From an uncultured Acidobacteriota bacterium (GTDB taxonomy: Bacteria > Acidobacteriota > Thermoanaerobaculia > UBA5066 > Gp7-AA6): DNA of 64,000 bases. Position numbers and translations under genes: made by a program. The notes under the pieces were generated by a model that was not told the origin of the DNA, searched no databases, and saw nothing but the letters and a program-made list of their open reading frames with translations. Positions within the stretch are counted from its first letter, which is position 1; the number at the start of each line of letters is the position of its first letter. Positions 37,165 through 46,950 of this stretch are shown here, one piece after another. The stretch is taken from NCBI GenBank assembly GCA_963710945.1, contig CAVQCH010000004.1, positions 11,774-75,773 on the forward strand, given 5' to 3'.

Positions 37165-37927
37165 CTACCGGAAGGCGCCGGGAGACGGCGTCCTGTGGGG
37201 CCCGAGGAGAATCTGCGGATCGAAGGCCAGCGGCTGGTCGTTGTCCGCGTCCCCGGCGATGAAACGCCACTCGTCGGTGAAATCGCGGTCGCGCCAGGGC
37301 TTGATCGCCTTGCGCCGGACCTTCGTGCGCACGCCGACGATGGGGCCGACGGGCTTGCCGGTTTGCGGTCCCAGGGTCGAGGACGGAGTGGGCGCCGGGG
37401 TTGGCACACGCCCGGACCCCCCGCCGAGGAAGGGCGGCGGCGTGGGCTCGCCAAAACCGGACGTCGGAGTTTTCTCGCCGGGCCGGGGCGTGGTCTTCAG
37501 TCCTCCGGGACCCGTCCCGCCGCCGGGAGGCGGCGCCTGCCCCATCGGCTGCGCCTCGGCGGTGCCCTGGATGATGAGCTGCCAGTCGTCGCAGGTGCAC
37601 ATCGGGTCCAGGAAGAGCTGGCGGATCGTGCGGGGCCGGTTCTTCGACATCTCCTTCAGCTCGTTCGGGAAGCGCCCGAACCGCTTCTGGAACGCCAGGA
37701 TCGCCCGGGCGTATTGCTTGCCGCGGAAGATCAGCTCGGTCTCGCGCTCGCGCTCGATGATCGTCGCCACCGTCGGCCCGACGGCCGCGAGAAGGATCAC
37801 GATGATGGCGATCCCGACGACGACGCCGACCAGCGTGAAGCCCGAGATCGGGAAACGGGAAACGGGAAACGGGAAGCGCTCCGAAGAGATCGTGCCCTCG
37901 TTTTCCGTCTTCCGTTTTCCGTTTCAC
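37165..37927 (-). CDS. Minor pseudopilin (GspK/PilX-like, no Glu5); leader carries heptamer repeats and a 1-nt frameshift
   Basis: SG/FTLVGVVVGIAIIVILLAAVGP...ERETELIFRGKQY...IRQLFLDPM; GTG at 37927 lies one frame off the GFTLV frame. Confidence 0.75.
37850..37927. repeat. Inverted heptamer array A
   Basis: (GGGAAAC)3-GGGAAGC, 22-nt spacer, then GTTTTCC-GTCTTCC-GTTTTCC-GTTTCAC. Confidence 0.85.
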
Positions 37928-37935
37928 GCCCCGGG

Positions 37936-38346
37936 CTACCACTCGCTGTACAGCGTCCCGTCGAGCGCCTTCTCCTTCGAGTTGCTGTGGATGTCGATGA
38001 TGCCGGGAGTCGCCTCGACGTTGGGGTCGTCGGGCTCGGAGGGCTCCTCTTCCATGGTCACGACCCAGTCGGCGGCCTTGGTCATCGGGTCGATCGGAAG
38101 CTTGCGCATATAGCCGTCCTTGATCAGGACCTGGAGGTCGACCGGGTAGTTGCCCTTGTCCCCCTTGTACTGGTCGATGACGCTGCGGAACGTGAAGAGG
38201 TCGGCCCGCAGCGTCGCCTCGCGGGCGCGCTTGGGGGAATCCCGCAGGGCGGGCACGGCGATCGCGGCGAGGATGCCGATGATCGTCATGACGACGAGCA
38301 GCTCGAGCAGGGTGAAGCCCGATTCGCGAGGCGCACGTCTCGTCAT
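37936..38346 (-). CDS. gspG: GspG-like pseudopilin
   Basis: RESG/FTLLELLVVMTIIGILAAIAVP; IDQYKGDKGNYP; PIDPMT; LDGTLYSEW. Confidence 0.85.
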   Translation of the reverse strand: MTRRAPRESGFTLLELLVVMTIIGILAAIAVPALRDSPKRAREATLRADLFTFRSVIDQYKGDKGNYPVDLQVLIKDGYMRKLPIDPMTKAADWVVTMEEEPSEPDDPNVEATPGIIDIHSNSKEKALDGTLYSEW

Positions 38347-38831
38347 CACCAGTCCTTGTAGAGCGTGCCGTCCAGCGACTTCGCTTCCGACAGCGAGTAC
38401 ACGTCGAAGACGTTCTGCCCGCCCCAGGCGAAGGAGTCGGGCTCGTCCTGGTAGGAGCGCAGGCCCCACTCGGCCTTGCTCGTCATCGGGTCGATGGGGA
38501 CGCGCCGCAGGAACCGCTTCTTCTTGGCGACCTGGCCGACCAGGCTGACGCCCTTGACGAGCGTCTCGAGATCGGGCGGATAGCCTTCGCCGCCGACCTC
38601 GAGCGGGATGAGCCCGGAGTCGGACGTCTGCTTGTACTTGTCGATCGCGTCGCGCAGGAGGCGCAGCTCGTAGCGCAGCTCGATCTCCTTCTGGCGGCGC
38701 AGCGAGTAGCGGGCGATCGGCACGGCCATCCCCGCGAGGATCGCGATCATCACCGCGACGATGGCCATCTCGACCATCGTGTAGCCGGCCTCGCCGCGGC
38801 GGCGATGCAGGGCGGGAGTGGATTCCGTCAC
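38346..38831 (-). CDS. GspG-like pseudopilin
   Basis: EAG/YTMVEMAIVAVMIAILAGMAVP; AIDKYK; RRVPIDPMT; LDGTLYKDW. Confidence 0.85.
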   Translation of the reverse strand: MTESTPALHRRRGEAGYTMVEMAIVAVMIAILAGMAVPIARYSLRRQKEIELRYELRLLRDAIDKYKQTSDSGLIPLEVGGEGYPPDLETLVKGVSLVGQVAKKKRFLRRVPIDPMTSKAEWGLRSYQDEPDSFAWGGQNVFDVYSLSEAKSLDGTLYKDW

Positions 38832-41227
38832 CGGACGTCCACGACCGCTTGCGCGAAGGTCACCGAGGCGCCGGCAAGCTCCGTGGACTCGATCGTGAGC
38901 GCGGTGCGCCCCGGAGCCTGTCCGCGCAGCGTGATCTCCGCGACGGCCCGCGTGCCGGTCAGGTCGCCTGCGTCGGGGAACCCGATGACGGCGTAATTGC
39001 CCTCGATCCGGGCCTCGGCCACGCCCGACCCGCTGCCGATGATGGGGCGCACGACGACCGGGGCCGCGACGGCGGGGTCGAACTTGACCGCGATCGTGCC
39101 GCCCGGGAGGCCGGCCGGCGAGGTCGCGCGCACGACGATGGTCTGCTGGGCGCCGGGAGCGAGCGCGACGTAGGCGGGATCGAAGTCGAAGAGGATCGGC
39201 GTCGGGGCGTCCGTGGAGATTGCGGCGGGCGCGGCCGCGTCCACGGCCTCGGATTTCGTCGCCACCGCGGCCGCCGGGGTCGACGACGGCGCGCTCAACG
39301 CTCCCTGCGGCGGTACCTGCTGCTGCGGCTGTGGCGCGCCGGGCGGGTTCGTCGGCGCCGGGGCCGGCTTGAAGATGTCCGTCGGCCCGCTGCCGGGTGC
39401 GAGGTTGACGCCCGGGTTCCCCACTTGCGGCGGCGGCGCGGTCCGCGGCGCCTGCTGCGGCGGGGGCGTTCTGCCTCCCGCGGCCGCGGGGTCGAAGGGA
39501 CCGGAATCCCGGGTCGGGTTCTCGACGCGCGGGCCGCCCTGATAGGAGATGTTGGCGTCCGTGCCCACGAAGTACGGCGTGACGTCGTCCTCGGTGACGT
39601 CGGGGATCCGGATGATGTGCGGCGTCAGCGTGAGAACCAGGTCCGTCACGTGGTTCTCGTTGGTGTGGTGCGTGAACAGCAGGCCGATGATCGGGATGTC
39701 CCCGATGAACGGGATCGTGTTCTTGGTATTGGCCTTGTCCGTGCGGTAGAGCCCGGCGAGGAAGTTCGTCTCGCCGTCTTTCAGGCGGATGTTGGAGGAG
39801 ATCGTGCGCGTCCCGAACTGCGGCTGCGTCGTCCCGGGAGCGTTGCCTTCCTGGTTGGAGACCTCGACCATCAGCTTGAGCGTGACTTCCTTGTTGTGGT
39901 GCACGCGCGGCTCGACCTCGATCTTGATGCCGACGTCCTGGTACTGGTAGGACGTGATCGGGACGACGTTCGAGCCGTTGACGTTCGACGAGTTGAAGCT
40001 CGTGACCGGAACCGGCACCTTGCTGCCGATCAGGAGCTGCGCCTTCTGGCCCTCCGAGATCCGGAGCTGAGGCTTGGCGAGCAGCTCGGCATTGGTGTTG
40101 TCCTTGATGAAGCTCAGCTTGGCCGAGGGGATGTTGAAGCCGATCGAATCGATGGTGACCTGCTGCAGCTGGCTCCAGGAAAATTGGCCCTGGCCGAGCG
40201 TGCCGCCGATGTTCGTCTTGCCTCCCGGCGCCGGGATGGACGCCGTGATGAAGCGCGGCGTGAGCTCGAGGCCGAGGTCCTGGAGGTCGTTCGTGTTGAT
40301 CTGGAGAAGCTCCACGTCCACGACGACCTCGGAGACCTGCTTGTCGTTCTGGAGGACGATCCGCTCGGCGACGGCGACCTTGTCCGCCGTGTCGCGCAGC
40401 GTGACCGAGTTCTCGGCCTTGTTGACGGAGATGCGGGTCGTCTGCAGCAGCGCCCGCAGGGCGTTGGCGACCTCCGTCACGTCGGCGTTCGAGAGGAAGA
40501 ACGTCCGGATGACGAGGTCCTCGTAGGTCTTGCGGTTCTGCGGCGTGTCCGCGGCGATCAGGATCGTGCGCTCGTCGATGACCTTGTAGAAGTGGTTCTC
40601 CTGCCGGATGAGCGTCTCGAGCGCCTTCTGGAACTCGATCGAGGTGAGGACGATCGAGACGTTGTCGTCCTTCAACTGGGGATCGAAGATGACGTTGATG
40701 CCGGCGGCGTCGGCGAGCGCCCGGTAGATCTGCTTGATCGGCTTGGCCGTCGGGAAGTTCAGGTTGATCGGCTTGTCGCTCGCGGGCTCGAGGATCACCG
40801 CGACGGCCCGGGCGCCCCGCGTCTTCTTCTTCAGCTTCTCGATGCTGGTCTCGGCGTTCTTCTCGGCGTCCAGCTTGGCCTTGGCCTCCTGCGCCTTGCG
40901 CAGCTCCGTGGCCGCGTAGTCGTTCGTCGGATCCAGAAGCGTCGCCTGCTCGAGCTCGACCACCGCCAGGTCCGGGCGGCCCGAGGCGGCGTACATCTTT
41001 CCCTTCTCGAAGTGGAACTGCGACGCGCGCAACCGCGCCCGCGCGAGAGAGGCCTTGTAGCCGGAGTTGCCCGGATCGAGCTCGAGGGCCTTGCGGTAGT
41101 TGACGACCGCGAGGTCGTAGTGGCCGAGGCCCTCCTCTTCCTTCGCCTTCTGGAAGGACTGTGTGCCGGCGCACCCCACGGCGGCCAGCACGATTGCCGC
41201 CGCGATCCACTTCTTGAAGTGTTGCAT
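38828..41227 (-). CDS. gspD: Secretin (GspD/PilQ family) lipoprotein with TPR-like N-terminus and cohesin-like C-terminal domain
   Basis: Lipobox AVG-C; TFFLSNAD N-domain; YQDVGIKIEVEP, LKDGETNFLAGL, IPFIGDIPIIGLLF, LTLTPHII; Pro-rich linker then an Ig-like tail (VKFDPAV). Confidence 0.9.
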   Translation of the reverse strand: MQHFKKWIAAAIVLAAVGCAGTQSFQKAKEEEGLGHYDLAVVNYRKALELDPGNSGYKASLARARLRASQFHFEKGKMYAASGRPDLAVVELEQATLLDPTNDYAATELRKAQEAKAKLDAEKNAETSIEKLKKKTRGARAVAVILEPASDKPINLNFPTAKPIKQIYRALADAAGINVIFDPQLKDDNVSIVLTSIEFQKALETLIRQENHFYKVIDERTILIAADTPQNRKTYEDLVIRTFFLSNADVTEVANALRALLQTTRISVNKAENSVTLRDTADKVAVAERIVLQNDKQVSEVVVDVELLQINTNDLQDLGLELTPRFITASIPAPGGKTNIGGTLGQGQFSWSQLQQVTIDSIGFNIPSAKLSFIKDNTNAELLAKPQLRISEGQKAQLLIGSKVPVPVTSFNSSNVNGSNVVPITSYQYQDVGIKIEVEPRVHHNKEVTLKLMVEVSNQEGNAPGTTQPQFGTRTISSNIRLKDGETNFLAGLYRTDKANTKNTIPFIGDIPIIGLLFTHHTNENHVTDLVLTLTPHIIRIPDVTEDDVTPYFVGTDANISYQGGPRVENPTRDSGPFDPAAAGGRTPPPQQAPRTAPPPQVGNPGVNLAPGSGPTDIFKPAPAPTNPPGAPQPQQQVPPQGALSAPSSTPAAAVATKSEAVDAAAPAAISTDAPTPILFDFDPAYVALAPGAQQTIVVRATSPAGLPGGTIAVKFDPAVAAPVVVRPIIGSGSGVAEARIEGNYAVIGFPDAGDLTGTRAVAEITLRGQAPGRTALTIESTELAGASVTFAQAVVDVR

Positions 41228-41264
41228 CAGACGCGTCCCCTTCGCATTTCCGTTGTCGCCCGGC

Positions 41265-41909
41265 TCACGGCGTGATTCCCAGCCGCCGCGTCTCCGTCTC
41301 CGGGAATCCCACGAAGCCGACGTCGATCGATTCATATCCGACCTTCTTGACGATGAATTTCCCGAGAAGCGTGTCGCCCGAGCGGACGTTCAGGATCTGG
41401 TCTCCCTGCTGGACGACCGCGATGGGGTGCTCCTTCGGGCCGAAGGTGCCGAGGAACTTGAAGCCGATCGCCGGCGGCGCCGGCGTGGGCGTGGGCGACG
41501 GCGGCGGCAGCGGTCCGTAGAAGCGGACGTCGCCGGGCACCGGAGGCATGGGCGTGGCCGTCGGCACCGGCTTGCGGGTCGGCTCGCGCAGGTCGAAGAG
41601 GTCGCGCCCGGGATCCGCGCTCGCCTTCGCAGGCGCGGGGGCGAAGTCCTTCGGCTCGAGCACCGGCACGTCGTCCGGATTGATCTCCTTTTCCTTCGCC
41701 GCGGCACGGCGCCCACCGCGCGCGGGAGCGGCGTCCTCCCCCGCAAAATCGCCGGCGGCCTTGTTGGGCGAGCCAGCCGACGCGGTGCGGACGGGCGCGG
41801 GCGCTCCGCCGCCGGGTCCCCACCGCACGACGGCGAGCAGCAGCACGACCGCGAGCCCGGCGAGCAGCAGCGCCTGGCGGCGCGAGCCGAGCTTGGCGCC
41901 GATCCCCAT
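41265..41909 (-). CDS. PilP/GspC-like assembly protein
   Basis: N-terminal TM, GRDLF, Pro-rich linker, FKFLGTFG...V.SGDTL.GKF.V beta domain; lies before the secretin. Confidence 0.6.
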   Translation of the reverse strand: MGIGAKLGSRRQALLLAGLAVVLLLAVVRWGPGGGAPAPVRTASAGSPNKAAGDFAGEDAAPARGGRRAAAKEKEINPDDVPVLEPKDFAPAPAKASADPGRDLFDLREPTRKPVPTATPMPPVPGDVRFYGPLPPPSPTPTPAPPAIGFKFLGTFGPKEHPIAVVQQGDQILNVRSGDTLLGKFIVKKVGYESIDVGFVGFPETETRRLGITP

Positions 41910-42547
41910 CAGCCGGCCCTCCGCGCCGGGACGGCGCCCTTCGGCCGGGGCGCGGCTTCCCCGCCCGGACGGGTGGGAGCGACGGCCTCTTCGTCCGCGA
42001 AGTACGTGACGAGCTCCATTCCCACCTGGACGGATCCCACCTGCTCGGAGTCGCGGGAGATCGCTACGCCGCGCACGGCGAGCCAGGACTTGCTCGACTC
42101 GAAGGCGTGCAGCAGACGCTTGAACCGCGGATAGTCGCATCGCACCGAGAAGGCGATCCGCATCTGGGAAAGAGGCAGCTTCGCCTCCGGTGTGGTCGAG
42201 TACGAGATCTGCGGCGCCGCGACGCCGGTTTCCTTCAGGATCGAGTGCAGGTCGGCGACGACCGGGGCGAGCGTCGTGCGCTCGGTGCCGATGCGGCGCC
42301 CGTAGAACTCCTCCATCGCGGCCGAGACGCCGCCGAGGCGATCGCGCTGCCCCGAGACCCGCGCGGCTTCCGCTTCGGCGGCGGCGACCGTGCGGGAAAG
42401 CTCGTCTCGCCGCGCCTGGAGGGCGGCGCGGCGGGACTCGGTGTTCGAGCGGTACGTCACGAAAACGACGAGGTTGCCCACGGCGAAGAGCACGGCCGCC
42501 GCGACGAGCGGCAGCCGGCGGCGCCAGAGAGAGAGCTGCGCCTTCAC
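41909..42547 (-). CDS. PilO/GspM-like protein
   Basis: TM, coiled coil, ferredoxin-like tail (CDYPRFKRLLHAFESS); operon position. Confidence 0.65.
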   Translation of the reverse strand: MKAQLSLWRRRLPLVAAAVLFAVGNLVVFVTYRSNTESRRAALQARRDELSRTVAAAEAEAARVSGQRDRLGGVSAAMEEFYGRRIGTERTTLAPVVADLHSILKETGVAAPQISYSTTPEAKLPLSQMRIAFSVRCDYPRFKRLLHAFESSKSWLAVRGVAISRDSEQVGSVQVGMELVTYFADEEAVAPTRPGGEAAPRPKGAVPARRAG

Positions 42548-43158
42548 GGCCGGGCCTTCTTTTCGGTCTTCGTCGGAGCCGGAGGCGGCGCGCCCGGGGG
42601 CGCGTACGTCGCCGTCACCTGGAACTGGAAGGGATCCGTGTTGCCGCCCTCGGAGACCGCCTCGGTCTGGAGCTGCACGGAACCGAAGACCGGATCGTGG
42701 GCGAGCGCCGCGATCGTGGGGACGACCGCGTCGCGGTTCTTCGCCACGAGCTGCAGCGAGAGCAGGATGGATCCGTCCTTTTCGAACTGGGGCTGCAGCC
42801 GGGAGATGCCGATCTCGGAGGGCAGCGTGCGCTCGAGCCGGGCGAGCAGCGTGGTCCACGAGAAGCGCCTCTCGGCCGCGATCCGCGACAGCTCGCGGCT
42901 CTCGTCGGCCATCGCCGACAGGCGGTACGACGACAGCGCGGCCTTCGCGGCGCGGGCCTTCTCCTCCGCCGCGCGCTGCCGGCCCTCGAGGGCCGCGATC
43001 TCGGCGCGCACGTCGGCCACGGCGCGGCGGTCGCGGGTGATCATCCGGACGTTGAAGAAGAGGAGCACCGCGCCCGCGAAGAACAGCAGGGCCGCCGCCG
43101 CCACGGCCGGGCGGTCGTCCTGGAAGGGGCGCTTGGCGAAGTTCCAGGTGGCGCTCAT
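42544..43158 (-). CDS. PilN-like protein
   Basis: NFAKRPF N-terminal motif, TM, coiled coil, SWTTLLARLERTLP. Confidence 0.72.
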   Translation of the reverse strand: MSATWNFAKRPFQDDRPAVAAAALLFFAGAVLLFFNVRMITRDRRAVADVRAEIAALEGRQRAAEEKARAAKAALSSYRLSAMADESRELSRIAAERRFSWTTLLARLERTLPSEIGISRLQPQFEKDGSILLSLQLVAKNRDAVVPTIAALAHDPVFGSVQLQTEAVSEGGNTDPFQFQVTATYAPPGAPPPAPTKTEKKARP

Positions 43159-44072
43159 GACTTTCCGTACACCACGGCGAATCCCGCGAGGAGCTCCGGC
43201 CTCGCGGCGACGCGCTCGTCGAACCCCGGGTCGGCCCCGAAGAGACCGCCCGTCACCACGGCCGGCGTCACGGGAAACGCGGACGCGCGTCCGGCTTCCG
43301 CCACGGCGTCGTCGCCGTGCACGAACACGGCCTTCAGACCCGGTCCCTTCAGGCGCTCGGCGTAGTACGACAGCGACAGGCGTGCTTCGCGGTCCTGGTC
43401 TTCCTCGTCGCCGGGCGGGCGCTGGCGGAAGAAGATCGGTTCGTCGCCCCGCGCGATGAAGAACGCGAGCGCGCCGCCCGAACGGTGCAGCAGGGCGTAG
43501 TCTCCCCCGGCCCGCTCGGCGAGCGCGGGCGCGAGGCCCTCGAAGAGCGCGAGCGAGGCCGGCGCGAGGTATCCGACCCGGACGCCGAGCTCCTCGAAAG
43601 AGCGCTCGATCGCCTCGATGGCGGCCCGCGGGGTGGCCGCCACGAGAACCCGCTTCTCCTCGGACAGCACCGGCATGGGCTCGTACACGATCGCGAGGTC
43701 GCCGGTGCCGCCGGGAATGAGCTTCTTCAGCTTCCACGAGATCATCTCGGCCCCGGCCGCGCGGTCCGACGGGAGCGACTCGAGCTCGACGGGCAGGATC
43801 CGCGCCCAGGAGTCGGGATAGATGACGGAGGCGCGCGCCAGGTGCCCTTCCGAGAGGGCGCGCGCGGCCTTGACGGCCTCGGCGACGGCCTCGCGCGTGA
43901 GGAGGGGCACGCCCGCCGACGGCCCGGCGAGCGAGCCCGAGGGATAGCGGAAGTGCCGCGTCTCGGCGAAACCGGCCGGCGCCTCGGCGCGCACGCGCGC
44001 GTAGGTCACCCCCTCGTCGAGGAGGCAGAACACGTGCGGCGGCACGACGGGTGCGAGAAACGGGATCTTCAT
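43155..44072 (-). CDS. PilM/GspL-like cytoplasmic actin-fold assembly protein
   Basis: VIYPDSWARI, WKLKKLIP, PIFFRQR, LSYYAERL; lies between the ATPase and PilN-like gene. Confidence 0.6.
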   Translation of the reverse strand: MKIPFLAPVVPPHVFCLLDEGVTYARVRAEAPAGFAETRHFRYPSGSLAGPSAGVPLLTREAVAEAVKAARALSEGHLARASVIYPDSWARILPVELESLPSDRAAGAEMISWKLKKLIPGGTGDLAIVYEPMPVLSEEKRVLVAATPRAAIEAIERSFEELGVRVGYLAPASLALFEGLAPALAERAGGDYALLHRSGGALAFFIARGDEPIFFRQRPPGDEEDQDREARLSLSYYAERLKGPGLKAVFVHGDDAVAEAGRASAFPVTPAVVTGGLFGADPGFDERVAARPELLAGFAVVYGKS

Positions 44073-44084
44073 GCCGCGGCGGCC

Positions 44085-45725
44085 TCAGTCGACAAAGGTC
44101 ACCTTGTTGATTTCCTTCAGCGTCGTGAGGCCCTCGAAGACCTTCGCGAGCGCGGCGTCGCGCAGGAAGATCATCCCCTCCTCGCGGGCCGCCTTCTTGA
44201 TGTCGGCCGCGGGCCGGCGCTCGAGGATGAGGCCGCGGATCTTGTCCGACAGGTCGAGCAGCTCGGCGATCGCCATCCGGCCGTGGAAGCCGGTGCCGTC
44301 GCACTCGAGGCAGCCCTTGCCCTCGTAAAACGTCCTCGTCCGCCCGTCGTCCGGGTCGAGCCCCGCTTCGCGCAGGGCCTCCGGGCTGATCGTCACCGGA
44401 GCCTTGCAGTGCGGGCAGATCTTCCGCACGAGCCGCTGGGCCAGGATGCAGTTCAGGGCGGAGACGAAGTTGTAGAGCTCGACCTTCATGTTGAGGAAGC
44501 GGCCGAGCACGTCCACGACGTTGTTGGCGTGGACCGTCGTGAACACGAGGTGTCCGGTCAGCGCCGACTGGACGGCGATCTGGGCCGTCTCCTCGTCGCG
44601 GATCTCACCGACCATGATCTTGTCGGGGTCGTGGCGCAGGATCGAGCGCAGGCCGCGCGCGAAGGTCAGGCCCTTCTTCTCGTTCACCGGGATCTGGGTG
44701 ATGCCGCGCAGCTGGTACTCGACGGGGTCCTCGATGGTGACGATCTTGTCCTCGACCGACTGGATCTCCGACAGGCAGGCGTAGAGCGTCGTGGTCTTGC
44801 CCGACCCCGTGGGCCCGGTGACCAGCACCATGCCGTACGGCTCGCGGATGAACTTGCGCAGCTTCTTCTTGGTCTCGGCGTCGAAGCCGACGACCTCCAG
44901 GTTCAGGCTCTTGAACTCGGCGTTGGCCGACTCCTTGTCCAGGATGCGGATGACCGAGTCCTCGCCGTGCACGGTCGGCATGATCGAGACGCGGAAGTCG
45001 ATCGTGCGGCCGCGCACGCGCAGCTTGAACCGGCCGTCCTGCGGCACGCGCTTCTCGGCGATGTCGAGCTCCGACATGACCTTGATGCGCGAAATGATCG
45101 TGCCGTGATGGCGCTTGTCGATCGGGTCCATCGCCTGGTAGAGCACGCCGTCGATGCGGTACTTGATGATGACGACGTGCTCCTGCGTCTCGATGTGGAT
45201 GTCCGAGGCGCGGCGCTGGATCGCGTTGAACACGATCGAGTCGACGAGCTTGATGATGGGCGAGGCGTCCTGCGTGATCCGGTCGATCGTGAGGGTTTCC
45301 TCGCCCTCGTCGTCCTCCTGGACGAGCTGCATCCGGAAGTCCTCGGTGGCCTCGTCGAGGACGCGCTGCGAGGACTCGCTCTTCTGGAGGATGTCGCCGA
45401 TGGCGGCGCGGCTGCCGACCTTGACCTTGACCGGCAGGCCCACGAGCAGCTCGAGCTCGTCCAGCCGCACGACGTCGGCCGGGTCCGCGCAGATGATCGT
45501 CATGGCCTTCTCGGTCTTGCTCTCGGGCACGAACGAGTAGCGCAGCATCCACTCGACCGGCACCGACCGGAAGAGGTCGGCGTCGATGCGGAACGTCGCC
45601 AGGTCCACGAAGGGCAGGCCCAGCCGCTCCGAGAGCGCCAGGGCGTGCGCCTCTTCGTCGGCGCGCGAGGAAAAGCGCGCCACGTCGGGGAGAGACTTGC
45701 CGTTTGCCACCACTTGCTTTGCCAT
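44085..45725 (-). CDS. gspE: GspE/PulE family secretion ATPase
   Basis: RASDIHIE, PQDGRF, GPTGSGKTTT, TIEDPVE, LRHDPDKIMVGEIRD, CxxC...CxxC. Confidence 0.93.
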   Translation of the reverse strand: MAKQVVANGKSLPDVARFSSRADEEAHALALSERLGLPFVDLATFRIDADLFRSVPVEWMLRYSFVPESKTEKAMTIICADPADVVRLDELELLVGLPVKVKVGSRAAIGDILQKSESSQRVLDEATEDFRMQLVQEDDEGEETLTIDRITQDASPIIKLVDSIVFNAIQRRASDIHIETQEHVVIIKYRIDGVLYQAMDPIDKRHHGTIISRIKVMSELDIAEKRVPQDGRFKLRVRGRTIDFRVSIMPTVHGEDSVIRILDKESANAEFKSLNLEVVGFDAETKKKLRKFIREPYGMVLVTGPTGSGKTTTLYACLSEIQSVEDKIVTIEDPVEYQLRGITQIPVNEKKGLTFARGLRSILRHDPDKIMVGEIRDEETAQIAVQSALTGHLVFTTVHANNVVDVLGRFLNMKVELYNFVSALNCILAQRLVRKICPHCKAPVTISPEALREAGLDPDDGRTRTFYEGKGCLECDGTGFHGRMAIAELLDLSDKIRGLILERRPAADIKKAAREEGMIFLRDAALAKVFEGLTTLKEINKVTFVD

Positions 45726-45738
45726 TTCGCCTACACCT

Positions 45739-46950
45739 TCACGACTTGATCGCCGACATGAGCCGGAACATGGGCAGGTAGACCGAGAGCAGGATCGTCA
45801 CGATGACGCCGCCCATGATCACGAGGATCGCGGGCTCGACGAAGGAGATCACGCGCGCCAGCAGCAGGTCGATCTCCTCGTCGTAGAACTCGGACACGGA
45901 GGACAGCATCTCCTCGAGCGCTCCCGAGGATTCGCCGACCTTGATCATCTCGATCGTGAGGTCGGTGAAGATGTTGGTCTCCTCGAGAGTCTTCCAGAGC
46001 TCGCGGCCCTCGCGCACCTTGGGCACGACTTCCTTGACGCGGCGCGACACCGAGGAGTTGCCCACCGCGTCGGCCGAGTTCTCGAGGGCCGGCACGAGCG
46101 GCGTGCCGCCGCCGAGCAGCGTCGCGAGGCTGCGGGTGAACTGCGTGATCGCGAACCGCCGGAAGATGCCGCCCACGACCGGCAGCTTCAGGATGATCCC
46201 GTCGAACCACTCGCGGCCGGCCGTCGTCCGGATCCACCGGTGGGCGAGAAAGCCCCCGCCGCCGAGGATGCCGACGATGATCAGGATGTTGTTCTTCAGG
46301 AACGTCGCGGCGCCGAGCACGACCACGGTCAAGAGCGGCAGGTCGGCGTTGAAGTCGGAGAAGAACTCCGTGAACCGCGGGATGACGTAAGTCATCAGGA
46401 TCGTGATGAGGCCGGCCGACAGCAGCACGAGGATCGCCGGATACACGAGCGTCGAGACGACCTTGCGCGAGAGGGCGATGACGGTCTTCTGGTACTTGAG
46501 GTAGCGGCGCAGGACGGCCTCGATCTCGCCCGATTTCTCGCCCGCCTTCAGCGACGTCCAGTACAGCCGCGGGAAGAGGTCCCCCTCCTCGGCGAAAGCC
46601 TCGGAGATGGACATGCCCGAGTTGACGCGCTCGCGGACGTCCGTCAGGACGCGCCGCAGCGTGGGGTTCTTCTGCCGCTCGAGGAGGATCTCGAAGGAGC
46701 GCACGACCGGCAGGCCCGCCTTCAGCAGGGCGATCAGCTCCTGGTTGAAGATGAGGAACTCGCCCATCTTCACGCGCCCCCGGCCCCTGGCGCGGTTGCC
46801 GCCGAACGAGAAGCCTTTGCGGCGCACCTCGAAGACGTGGCCGCCCCGACGCTCGATCTCCAGGCGCGCGGCGCCGCCGTCGAGCGCCATCACCGACTGC
46901 TCGCCGACCGAGCCGTCGGGCCAGCCGGCCTTGACGCGGAACTCGGTCAT
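45739..46950 (-). CDS. gspF: Type II secretion system F family platform protein
   Basis: LLKAGLP, AGEKSG, LVYPAIL, VGESSGAL, VEPAIL, VYLPMF. Confidence 0.93.
   Translation of the reverse strand: MTEFRVKAGWPDGSVGEQSVMALDGGAARLEIERRGGHVFEVRRKGFSFGGNRARGRGRVKMGEFLIFNQELIALLKAGLPVVRSFEILLERQKNPTLRRVLTDVRERVNSGMSISEAFAEEGDLFPRLYWTSLKAGEKSGEIEAVLRRYLKYQKTVIALSRKVVSTLVYPAILVLLSAGLITILMTYVIPRFTEFFSDFNADLPLLTVVVLGAATFLKNNILIIVGILGGGGFLAHRWIRTTAGREWFDGIILKLPVVGGIFRRFAITQFTRSLATLLGGGTPLVPALENSADAVGNSSVSRRVKEVVPKVREGRELWKTLEETNIFTDLTIEMIKVGESSGALEEMLSSVSEFYDEEIDLLLARVISFVEPAILVIMGGVIVTILLSVYLPMFRLMSAIKS

Noticed and set aside
35873-37942. 689-aa ORF suggesting a long N-terminal extension on the M16 peptidase
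   Set aside because: The upstream part overlaps the pseudopilin in another frame; M16 plausibly starts at TTG 37153 behind a -10 box.
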